Numbered from the stretch's first letter, positions 17,762 through 25,652 are shown. The stretch: 64,000 bases of DNA from Patescibacteria group bacterium (GCA_041665845.1 JBAYIC010000004.1:939-64938), one strand, 5' to 3'. Numbers and translations are program-made. The notes: generated by a model not told the origin, from the letters alone.

Positions 17762-17912
17762 AACAACGGGTTCTCCTATAATTAGTGAATATTTGTAAAA
17801 GTTCTATAATAACTAAAAAATATACCTTAATATTCCTATTTTTGTCAATTATTTATAAATCCCATTACCATGCCCTTTATAAATACCAGAATATTTAATA
17901 TAATTGAGCTGT

Positions 17913-18755
17913 ATGATATTCTTAAACTTTACAACGATTTCAATAATTTCCGCCTTCTTTGCGGCTATTGCCAATATCATGGCGCGGACGATTTTAAAAG
18001 ACTTGAAGGCTAAGGATATTTTGGCTATTAACTTCTTCACCATGGGAGCGGTTCTTCTAATTTTATCACCTTTCTTTTATAAATTTACCCCCTCTCCTTT
18101 AAATCTCGGCCTGTTAGTGTTAATCGCTCTGATTGATACGGTAGCAAATTATTTTTACTTTCAAACTTTTGAAAAGACTTCAGCCAGCATTGCTTCCCCC
18201 TTGCTTTCACTAGCTCCCGGGTTTACATTTCTTTTCGGTTGGCTCTTACTAAGTGAACCGGTAAACCTGAGAACAATTTTATTATGCTTAATAATTTTAA
18301 TTCTAGTAATTTTATTCTCGGTAAGTCTCTCCGACTTTCGTCAATTTAAAAAGAATACCCTTTGGCCGGCATTATTATCATCATTATTATTTGGTCTATC
18401 AGCTATTCCTTCTAAATTTTTATTAGACTCAGCTCAAGCAGTTAACGCCCCAACCCTATACATGTTTCGGGCCTGCTTTATTGCTCTTTTCTCAGTATTA
18501 TTTTTCAAATTTACAATTCAGAATATTTCTATCAAACAATACCGAACAATATTTTTTCGAGGACTATTTGTTATTGCACAATGGATACTTCTTTATTGGG
18601 CCCTATCGAAAGGTAGCGCTGGAGTTACTTTGACGCTTGGAAATATAACGCCAATATTTGTTTTTATTTTAAGCATAATCTTTCTAAAAGAAAAACCGAC
18701 TTTAAAGAAATTGTTGGCCGCCGGTCTGGTTCTTGTCTTATCATTTTTAATTTGA
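17913..18755 (+). CDS. EamA/DMT-family transporter
   Basis: About ten hydrophobic helices in two EamA-like halves. The track start at 17904 is TTG; the first ATG is at 17913. Confidence 0.8.
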   Translation: MIFLNFTTISIISAFFAAIANIMARTILKDLKAKDILAINFFTMGAVLLILSPFFYKFTPSPLNLGLLVLIALIDTVANYFYFQTFEKTSASIASPLLSLAPGFTFLFGWLLLSEPVNLRTILLCLIILILVILFSVSLSDFRQFKKNTLWPALLSSLLFGLSAIPSKFLLDSAQAVNAPTLYMFRACFIALFSVLFFKFTIQNISIKQYRTIFFRGLFVIAQWILLYWALSKGSAGVTLTLGNITPIFVFILSIIFLKEKPTLKKLLAAGLVLVLSFLI

Positions 18756-18785
18756 TAGCCTTTATAATAATTGAACTATAAATAT

Positions 18786-19802
18786 ATGAGTAAAACCCTT
18801 CTTCTCTTCTGTGGCGGAACAATCTCAATGCATAAGAATAACGAAACAAAAGCCCTAGACGTTTCCCACGGTTATGACCAGTTATTGAAGTTGGAACCGC
18901 GCTTTTCTCAAATTTGTGAAGTTGATATTGAATTTATAGATAATATCGACAGTACAAATATGACTAGCGAACACTGGTCTAGAATTGCCGAGACTATTGG
19001 GAAAAAATATAATGATTACGATGGTTTTGTAATAACCATGGGGACAAATACGATGGCCTATTGTTCGGCCGCCCTTTCTTTTGCTTTACAAAATATTGGC
19101 AAACCAGTTGTTTTAACTGGGGCACAAATTCCTGCTGAATCACTTTCGACAGATGCCCGTAATAACTTTATCAATGCCTTAAGACTCTCAACCCTAGACT
19201 TGGCAGGTGTCTTTATTGTTTTTGGTAGTAAAATTATAAAAGGTTGTCGAGCGAAAAAAGTTAGTGAATCAGAGCTAGACGCTTTTAGGACTTTTAATCA
19301 AAAAGATTTTGGCGAAATAGGCGTTGGAACTATTTTTAACTTCAAACAACCTCGTCACCAAGAACCTCTAAAAGTGCAGAGCAAATTTACTGAACAAATA
19401 GTTTGTTTAACTTTAATTCCTGGACTACAATCTAATATTTTAAAGGGTTTAATTGATTCAGGAACTAGAGGTTTTGTTTTACGCGCTTATGGATCCGGTG
19501 ATATTCCCTATGATTTCGAAGAATCTTTGCTGTATGCTAAAAATAAAAAAATCCCAATTGTTGTGACGACTCAGTGTCCTGGCGGAGCTACCGTGATGGG
19601 AATAAACGATGTTGGTTTAAAAGCTCTCCAAACTGGCGTTATTCAAGCTTTTGATATGTGTATGGAGGCAATGAGTACAAAATTAATGTGGCTTCTTGGT
19701 CAAAAGACTCCTTATGAAAAAATTAAAGACTTAATGGAAACTAATTTAATTGGTGAGGTGGATTCGTCACGGGCAGCAGCAATTATGGGAGTCGGAAAAT
19801 AA
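18786..19802 (+). CDS. ansA: L-asparaginase, type I family
   Basis: LLFCGGTISM (catalytic Thr motif), ITMGTNTMAY, GAQIPA. The track start at 18771 is TTG; the ATG is at 18786. Confidence 0.85.
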   Translation: MSKTLLLFCGGTISMHKNNETKALDVSHGYDQLLKLEPRFSQICEVDIEFIDNIDSTNMTSEHWSRIAETIGKKYNDYDGFVITMGTNTMAYCSAALSFALQNIGKPVVLTGAQIPAESLSTDARNNFINALRLSTLDLAGVFIVFGSKIIKGCRAKKVSESELDAFRTFNQKDFGEIGVGTIFNFKQPRHQEPLKVQSKFTEQIVCLTLIPGLQSNILKGLIDSGTRGFVLRAYGSGDIPYDFEESLLYAKNKKIPIVVTTQCPGGATVMGINDVGLKALQTGVIQAFDMCMEAMSTKLMWLLGQKTPYEKIKDLMETNLIGEVDSSRAAAIMGVGK

Positions 19803-19828
19803 ACCTAAACAAATAGATTTAAAACTGA

Positions 19829-19899
19829 GTACTAAAAAATGCCTTAAAGTTAAGGCATTTTTTTATTAAGCTCTTTTTCGCGGGTTGGTTATAAATTTT
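19829..19899. repeat. R-element copy 1 (hairpin + conserved 30-nt core)
   Basis: Hairpin aatgccttaa/ttaaggcatt (19838-19859), then the core agctctttttcgcgggttggttataaatttt (19869-19899). Confidence 0.7.
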
Positions 19900-19964
19900 G
19901 GGAAATAAAAAATCCCGAGGTTAATCAGGATTTTTTTAATGTTTGTGTTGTTTATTATTTGAGT

Positions 19965-20498
19965 TCATTTGAGCTCAATCGTAAAACATTGATAGCTTGG
20001 CTTATCAGGAGCACCATCTGATTTTACAGATAATTTACAAAATCGTGATAAGATAATATTTATATCTTCTACAATTTTTTGTAAAGAATTGGGTTCACCA
20101 TTAAAAAGATCTATACCGAGATTCCTGATATGCATATCATCCACATAAATAAATGTCGTGGTTATATACATATTTGGGTTTTTCTCTGGGTGGATTTTGA
20201 TTGACTCGTTAATAAGCACTTGAAGTAGGGTTCCTTTTTCTTGATGGCTCATTATATTGCTTCCACCAACATAAGCATGTATATACGCTTTTAACTGCAA
20301 TAACTTTGCGCAGGGTCCTCCCGGCAGAAGCTTTATTAATTCTTCAGATAATCTACTCGCAATCGCTGTTTTCGATTTATAAACTTCTTTATTGCTTTCT
20401 TCAATCTTTTTAAGCAATGCTGTTTTTTTAACTTCATTGTTTTTTAACATTTCCTGAAGCTCGGAAATTCCATTTTTTAAAAAATCATTTTTCGCCAT
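19965..20498 (-). CDS. Hypothetical protein (177 aa), coiled-coil N-terminus
   Basis: ORF 25 nt downstream of the 257-aa gene. No recognisable domain. Confidence 0.5.
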   Translation of the reverse strand: MAKNDFLKNGISELQEMLKNNEVKKTALLKKIEESNKEVYKSKTAIASRLSEELIKLLPGGPCAKLLQLKAYIHAYVGGSNIMSHQEKGTLLQVLINESIKIHPEKNPNMYITTTFIYVDDMHIRNLGIDLFNGEPNSLQKIVEDINIILSRFCKLSVKSDGAPDKPSYQCFTIELK

Positions 20499-20523
20499 TT
20501 TGTCCTTTTTAGGATTATTAATT

Positions 20524-21297
20524 TTACGCTTGGTTGATTTTTTTCCAAGCAGCTACACCGTCGATGATTCTAAAATCGGTTTCACTTATTTTCCAATAAA
20601 AACCAATAAGTTCACCTGGTTTCGCGTAGATATTACCAAAAAAAACAACCTCGGCCTCAAGCATTTCACCGCTGGTAAAAATAACCGAATATTTTCTACC
20701 TTCATAATTTTTTGGTAATTTAAGGTAATGAGAGAGCCCCTCTATTCTCTGGCCATTAGATCTTTTCAATAAGTCAAAATACTCGTCCCATAAAGGACTC
20801 TGCTCTTCGCCGTTATCAATTATTTCTTTTAGCGCGGCGGCATTTTCTGCCTGATTTTTACTTAATTTATAAATCAGATAAGATTCTTGACCATCATCCG
20901 GTTCCATATACGGGAGCAGGGAGTTAATATTTTCTTTTAACTCATTCAAATAATAACCAGGGAACTCTTTGTGGATTTTCTCAACAACAGAAATTGAACT
21001 CTGAGTGACCAAGCAATGAAAAACGTTAATGTCAGATAGACCATAAGCCGTCAGCTTAGCTAACAATTCATTTTCGAATGAATACTGGTATTCCCAGAAG
21101 ATATTATTCGCGATAGGATCTTTTAAAACCAAAAATTTAGGGATACTGATATTTGTTTCGCGAAATTTGCAAACAGAAGCTACTAATGTATCTAAAGTTT
21201 GTAAAAAATATTTTTTGCACTCTTCATCGGTGCCCGGCATATAGCTTGATGGCAAAAACGAAGTATTTACCACATAAACAATTGGATGTTTTTTCAT
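20524..21297 (-). CDS. Hypothetical protein (257 aa)
   Basis: ORF with promoter TTGACA-17-GTATAT (about 21431-21460) and a long structured leader. Confidence 0.5.
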   Translation of the reverse strand: MKKHPIVYVVNTSFLPSSYMPGTDEECKKYFLQTLDTLVASVCKFRETNISIPKFLVLKDPIANNIFWEYQYSFENELLAKLTAYGLSDINVFHCLVTQSSISVVEKIHKEFPGYYLNELKENINSLLPYMEPDDGQESYLIYKLSKNQAENAAALKEIIDNGEEQSPLWDEYFDLLKRSNGQRIEGLSHYLKLPKNYEGRKYSVIFTSGEMLEAEVVFFGNIYAKPGELIGFYWKISETDFRIIDGVAAWKKINQA

Positions 21298-21332
21298 TTT
21301 TTCTCGTTTTAATGATTATTTGTTAATTATTT

Positions 21333-21385
21333 TTTATTTAGTTACCTAAACAACCTGAAACGAGTTGCTTGGATAACTAAATAAA
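21333..21385 (-). promoter_or_regulatory. Long imperfect hairpin in the 5' leader of the 257-aa gene
   Basis: Arms tttatttagttacc (21333-21346) and ggataactaaataaa (21371-21385), plus inner pairing aacaac/gttgct. Confidence 0.4.
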
Positions 21386-21490
21386 TATTAACAATAATCA
21401 TGCATGTTAAAGTTCAATAACAGAAAAATATACCACAATGGCTTCATTTTTGTCAATTATTTACAAAATCTGCGACAATGGTATTTTTCG

Positions 21491-21560
21491 GATACTAAAA
21501 ATTACCTTAATCTTAAGGTAATTTTTAAGTGAGCTCTTTTTGCAGTTTGGTTATAAATCT
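21491..21560. repeat. R-element copy 2
   Basis: gatactaaaa + hairpin attaccttaa-tc-ttaaggtaat + core gagctctttttgcagtttggttataaatct (21531-21560). Near-identical to copy 4. Confidence 0.8.
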
Positions 21561-21615
21561 AGGTAATAAAAAAGGCCTTATTTCTAAAGCCTGTAAATTC
21601 TGCCACTGGTGATTA

Positions 21616-21825
21616 TTAATCGGACACTTCAATTACCTCCTCATTATCAGCTATCTCTATTTCCAACGGAGTCCCGTTTACTTTACGGTATGCACTATTT
21701 TTATCACCACCGTCTTTTCTGAATACAGTTATTCTCTCCTTATCTCCAGCTAACGCCTTCATCACTTCATTTTTAAAAACGAAGCTGTAGGCTCCAGATA
21801 AATCTTTAAAATGTTGAATTGCCAT
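21616..21825 (-). CDS. Hypothetical protein (69 aa)
   Basis: ORF with a GGGAGG Shine-Dalgarno sequence, flanked by R-elements 2 and 3. Confidence 0.5.
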   Translation of the reverse strand: MAIQHFKDLSGAYSFVFKNEVMKALAGDKERITVFRKDGGDKNSAYRKVNGTPLEIEIADNEEVIEVSD

Positions 21826-21950
21826 TTTTAGTTTCCTCCCATATTTTAAATTAGTATTTAATTATTAAAGTAATAAAATAACTTAACATAACCAATGGTA
21901 AATATCAATGCTTTTCTATCCCGTTAGGAGTGAGCCTAAATCGAATGGCT

Positions 21951-22020
21951 AATACCAAAAAACGCCAATGAAATGGCGTTTCTCGTTTAGAGCTCCTTTT
22001 GCGGTTTGGTTATAAATTTA
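21951..22020. repeat. R-element copy 3
   Basis: aataccaaaa + hairpin aacgcca/tggcgtt + core gagctccttttgcggtttggttataaattta (21990-22020). Confidence 0.75.
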
Positions 22021-22113
22021 GGAAAATAAAAAAGAGCCCTAGAACTCTTTTAAAATTATAATCTGACCTAGCCGCCATTCTTTTAAATGGCCATCTAGGA
22101 CAAATATATGCCA

Positions 22114-22419
22114 TTACTTTCTGACTAATTTAATAGTTACTATTGGATATTCTTCTATAACTATGAATTCTTCTTCCGGTAATTGTGCGGTCGTAAGCGC
22201 TAACTTTAATTCAGACATCCATTCAGAATGGAGTTGATGTCCCGTACGTTCTACGGTATCAACTAACTGCACAGCCGGACAGCCACATCGCAAAAAATTA
22301 ATAGCTGCTATGACATTGTTTATATAAGAACTTTTCATGCCAATTATTGGCACTTGGTTATTGTAGGCTGATATAATGCCACATTCACCATTTTGCATAA
22401 TTACTTTTTTCTGTTTCAT
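22114..22419 (-). CDS. Hypothetical protein (101 aa)
   Basis: ORF between R-elements 3 and 4. Promoter TTGACA-17-ATAATT at about 22478-22508. Confidence 0.5.
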   Translation of the reverse strand: MKQKKVIMQNGECGIISAYNNQVPIIGMKSSYINNVIAAINFLRCGCPAVQLVDTVERTGHQLHSEWMSELKLALTTAQLPEEEFIVIEEYPIVTIKLVRK

Positions 22420-22554
22420 CTTGTGCGGTTTTTAATTTATAACTATTAATTTTTAATGTTCAATTTGTTTTATAGCTTAAATTATCACTTTTAATGCCAT
22501 TTTGTCAAGGAAAATATTCCATTATTTATAAACCTAACCAAAAGATTATTCTCT

Positions 22555-22626
22555 GGATACTAAAAATTACCTTAATCTTAAGGTAATTTTTAATGGAGCT
22601 CTTTTTGCAGTTTGGTTATAAATTTT
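22555..22626. repeat. R-element copy 4
   Basis: ggatactaaaa + hairpin attaccttaa-tc-ttaaggtaat + core gagctctttttgcagtttggttataaatttt (22596-22626). It abuts the stop codon at 22628. Confidence 0.8.
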
Positions 22627-22627
22627 A

Positions 22628-23053
22628 TTAATAGAGATATTTAATTATCTCTCCTCGCCAAAGGCAAATAATAATATCAATAATTACTCCTAATAAAACA
22701 AAGGATATAATATAAGTAAAATAACGCCATAGGAAATTTTTCTTTGGTAAGTCAATTTTTCCAACCATCTCCTCCATAGCCTTTTTTGATTCATTAATAG
22801 CAGAGTCATAATCAAAAATTGAGAATAGCAATGATGCTGGTATTAAAAATAATAATACCGAAAGAATCACTTTTATATTAGTAGTAATTTTTAATAAATC
22901 CGGATTAAAACTGGCTACTACTAGCACCATGGCTGATAACGAAGCAATGGCTGGAACTAAATTTGCTTTTTGAAGAAGGCAATTCTGAAAAAAGACTAAA
23001 TGGAGTTTTAATCTTTCAAGTTTTTCTTGTTGTTCTAAGGAGAGCTCTTGCAT
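22628..23053 (-). CDS. Hypothetical membrane protein (141 aa)
   Basis: Hydrophobic segments (AIASLSAMVLVVASF, VILSVLLFLIPASLLFSIF, FTYIISFVLLGVIIDIIICLW). Confidence 0.55.
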   Translation of the reverse strand: MQELSLEQQEKLERLKLHLVFFQNCLLQKANLVPAIASLSAMVLVVASFNPDLLKITTNIKVILSVLLFLIPASLLFSIFDYDSAINESKKAMEEMVGKIDLPKKNFLWRYFTYIISFVLLGVIIDIIICLWRGEIIKYLY

Positions 23054-23065
23054 ATATTTAAATTA

Positions 23066-23114
23066 AACAACAAAAACCCCCATTACGAGGGTTTTTATAA
23101 TCTGGGGATTATAA
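23066..23114. repeat. 49-nt direct repeat, left copy (terminator hairpin + ctggggattataaa)
   Basis: acaacaaaaacccccattacgagggtttttataatctggggattataaa. 46 of 49 positions match the copy at 24798-24846. Confidence 0.85.
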
Positions 23115-23148
23115 ATTTTTGAAAACATAAAATTAAAAAAATTGTAAT

Positions 23149-24756
23149 CTATTTTATTATCGTTTTTTTCTTTTCCGGGAATGCGGCGTCCATTGCCCCT
23201 GATTGAAAGCCATCTCCCCAAAATCCGCTAGACATCTTCGCGGCCTTTTGATCAAATTCTTCCAACAAATCCTCTAGCGGTCTAACAAAAACTTTTTTTA
23301 ACCACTCCTTATCATTCTTTAAAAACCGAGTAATTATAGGGGCACTTCCACTCATAAAAAGATAATTCCCTGCTGATGGAGTAGAAATCATGGGTTTTTG
23401 TGTATCTTTATCAATTACATCCATGGGGGACAAGCACAAGACATATTCACCAATATAAAATTCTCTCTCCTTATCTCTGATAGGATCATCAGTTATAAAA
23501 ATTTTATCAATTAACTGCTTTGTATATGAGGCGACTGGGTCAATCCATCTATTTTGAGGATATCCGCCATGCATGGGATGAAAAATTCCTTCTGCGCGGC
23601 GAATAAAAAAAAGTACATACGTAATAGGAAGTGGCTCATCATAGTGAGACCTGCTATTTAGTTCAAGCTTTAAAACTCTTTTTAATAATTTATCTTTTTT
23701 CTTCGCAACTGCAATTATAGAAATTAAATACAGAGAAATAAACAATGGATAATATCTTATGCTCTTGCCCCATTCTGTATAAGGGGTGCCATCTGGTGAT
23801 TCTATTTTTCTAGATAAATATGAGAGAACTTTTACTAAAACATCGTCGTAAACCCCCTTGTCATCCTTTGAAACTAAACTAATAATTGCCGACCAAAACT
23901 CCTGAGACGCCGACCCTATGTTAGATAATATTGCCGTACTCATCTCTTTATCTTCCTTGCCAATATCCCATGGAATTACATCTGAATCTAAAAAATTATT
24001 TATTTTATTAACTTCATCAAACATACCCTTCGATACGGCGTCTTCTTCTTTTGTTAATAGAGAATTTATCAACTCCGACACTGACCCTGCTGGTTCTATA
24101 ACTTCTGGAGATTTTACGGATTTTTTTTCCTCAGCAACTCCACTCACATCGCTAGGCCTAACTTTCAATTTTTTTAATTTAATATTTAAGTCCGATATCT
24201 GCCGTTGAACATCATATATCTTCTGTTGAGAATTGTATGTATGCTCTTCTAAACGTTGACTAAAAAATCTAGCAAAATCGCCCGGCTGAGCCTTACTTGT
24301 CGTCGTACCATTACGCACATAGATATCACCAACATACCGCTTATGAATATCCTTAATAAATACGTGAGGTGGTTCATTGGACGGCGGTATGACTAATACT
24401 CCCCATTGTTTGTCATCTTTTCCAAAAATAAATAGATGGGTCGTAATAAATTGACCAATATACTTTTTAACTAAGTCATCGATGGTAGCCTGGAGGTGAT
24501 CTTCGTTATCAGGGAATGTAGTATATAATATGCTATTAGCAGAAGCACCAAATATTATAAACCCGTGATTCTTATAATGATGACAATACGTGTTTGCTAT
24601 CGCAGAGATATCTTTTAAAAATTCTCCTTGATGTTGAATATCGGACATGTTAAAAGAACTTTTTAAATCAACCTTGCCGGCTTCGCCAGTAGAAATTATC
24701 TTTGGCAAAAAACCTTCCAATGTAGCTCTATCCCATGGTAAATGTAATTCTTCCAT
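23149..24756 (-). CDS. Schlafen/AlbA_2-like putative DNA-binding domain protein with uncharacterised C-terminal region
   Basis: The N-terminal roughly 130 aa (GKVDLKSSF...FLKDISAIANT...GFIIFGA...WGVLVIPPS...PHVF) resemble the AlbA_2 pattern. The remaining roughly 400 aa are unassigned. Confidence 0.55.
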   Translation of the reverse strand: MEELHLPWDRATLEGFLPKIISTGEAGKVDLKSSFNMSDIQHQGEFLKDISAIANTYCHHYKNHGFIIFGASANSILYTTFPDNEDHLQATIDDLVKKYIGQFITTHLFIFGKDDKQWGVLVIPPSNEPPHVFIKDIHKRYVGDIYVRNGTTTSKAQPGDFARFFSQRLEEHTYNSQQKIYDVQRQISDLNIKLKKLKVRPSDVSGVAEEKKSVKSPEVIEPAGSVSELINSLLTKEEDAVSKGMFDEVNKINNFLDSDVIPWDIGKEDKEMSTAILSNIGSASQEFWSAIISLVSKDDKGVYDDVLVKVLSYLSRKIESPDGTPYTEWGKSIRYYPLFISLYLISIIAVAKKKDKLLKRVLKLELNSRSHYDEPLPITYVLFFIRRAEGIFHPMHGGYPQNRWIDPVASYTKQLIDKIFITDDPIRDKEREFYIGEYVLCLSPMDVIDKDTQKPMISTPSAGNYLFMSGSAPIITRFLKNDKEWLKKVFVRPLEDLLEEFDQKAAKMSSGFWGDGFQSGAMDAAFPEKKKTIIK

Positions 24757-24797
24757 ATTTATTAAAAGTATATATAGCTATTTAAAAATAATAATAT

Positions 24798-24846
24798 ACA
24801 ACAAAAACCCCCATTACGAGGGTTCCTGTAATCTGGGGATTATAAA
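24798..24846. repeat. 49-nt direct repeat, right copy, 10 nt from the tRNA-Gly 3' end
   Basis: acaacaaaaacccccattacgagggttcctgtaatctggggattataaa. Confidence 0.85.
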
Positions 24847-24856
24847 CCCCCGTAAA

Positions 24857-24931
24857 TGGAGCGGGTAACGGGAATCGAACCCGTCTATCGTGCTTGGCAA
24901 GCACGTATAATAACCACTATACTATACCCGC
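24857..24931 (-). tRNA. tRNA-Gly (anticodon GCC), CCA encoded
   Basis: Hand-folded cloverleaf. Acceptor GCGGGTA/TACCCGC, anticodon arm CGTGC-TTGCCAA-GCACG, T arm ACGGG-TTCGATT-CCCGT. Confidence 0.9.
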
Positions 24932-24935
24932 TTAA

Positions 24936-25598
24936 TTAGAATTCTTTTCTAAACAAATCTAACCAAACTAAAATTTTCTTTTTTAAATACTTACTATGTA
25001 CAGAAACAATGCAAACTCCATATCCCAATTTTCTAGTTTTATGCCTACCTTTAATCACGGTTGATTTAAAAAATCTATCTTTTGCTATTTTAATTTCTTT
25101 GCTCCAAAACTCTAAACATTTTTCAGAATTTAAATCTGGATACAACAACATTCCAGCTCTAATATTTTCAACACTCACATTACAAACCTTTTGTAAAAAA
25201 TCATTAAAAACTTTTAAAACTTTTTCATCAACATTAGAAATTCTTACAATACCATTCTTAAAGATTTTATCACCCTCTCCCCAATATAAACTGATGGCGG
25301 TTATAAATAATGTTTCTTTTTTTAAATCTACAAATTCTTTAATAGCCTCTTGCTCGGCTTGAGCATAATGTTTATCTAATGCATTTCTTCTCTCAATATT
25401 TAAGTGCGTTAATCTTTTTCGACTACTTTCTTTTGATTTTTCAATTAATTGATTTTTTATATCTTGTGACCAATTAATATCTTTGAACCAAGCAGAAATT
25501 GTACTTTTACTTATTGCTAAAAGATTAGCAATTTCCTTATAACTTTTACCGCTCTTACGCAAACCAAGCGCTTGATTTTTTACTGCTTCTTTTTTCAT
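24936..25598 (-). CDS. HTH protein with possible LAGLIDADG-like homing-endonuclease C-domain
   Basis: N-terminal HTH KSYKEIANLLAISKSTISAWF. The C-domain motif AISLYWGEGDK resembles a single LAGLIDADG-type motif. The gene sits between tRNA-Leu and tRNA-Gly. Confidence 0.45.
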   Translation of the reverse strand: MKKEAVKNQALGLRKSGKSYKEIANLLAISKSTISAWFKDINWSQDIKNQLIEKSKESSRKRLTHLNIERRNALDKHYAQAEQEAIKEFVDLKKETLFITAISLYWGEGDKIFKNGIVRISNVDEKVLKVFNDFLQKVCNVSVENIRAGMLLYPDLNSEKCLEFWSKEIKIAKDRFFKSTVIKGRHKTRKLGYGVCIVSVHSKYLKKKILVWLDLFRKEF

Positions 25599-25652
25599 AA
25601 ACCCATGTTAATACCTTTCCATTATACTACACGGGTTCACTTTTGTCTAACG

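Larger units (their letters stand above)
19829..24856 (-). mobile_element. Putative cassette-type accessory islet adjacent to tRNA-Gly/tRNA-Leu/tmRNA
   Basis: Seven orphan genes, all on the minus strand, are separated by six copies of two related repeat types. No recombinase is visible, so mobility is an inference. Confidence 0.35.

Noticed and set aside
17849-18849. ORFs 17849-18043 (-), 18664-18849 (-), 20500-20718 (+) and 28887-29078 (-).
   Set aside because: They are antisense to, or overlap, better-supported genes (the EamA transporter, the asparaginase start region, the 257-aa gene, small paralog B) and have no independent signals.
24826-24846. Similarity of the R5/R6 element (TCCCCAGATTAC) to the junction at the tmRNA 3' end (TCCACAGATTAC, around 25765-25776) as evidence for tmRNA-targeted integration.
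   Set aside because: It is an 11 of 12 match covering just 4 nt of the tmRNA itself. That is too short to exclude chance in this AT-rich sequence. I note it only as something to test with the full genome.
19829-24856. Integron-like array (attC sites between promoterless cassettes) or a CRISPR array.
   Set aside because: No IntI-type recombinase is visible. The RYYYAAC/GTTRRRY core pair is not conserved across copies; only one GTTAGGT is seen, near R4. Most cassettes carry their own TTGACA/TATAAT promoters, and the hairpins look like terminators. The repeat spacing is on the kilobase scale with genes between copies, so this is not CRISPR.
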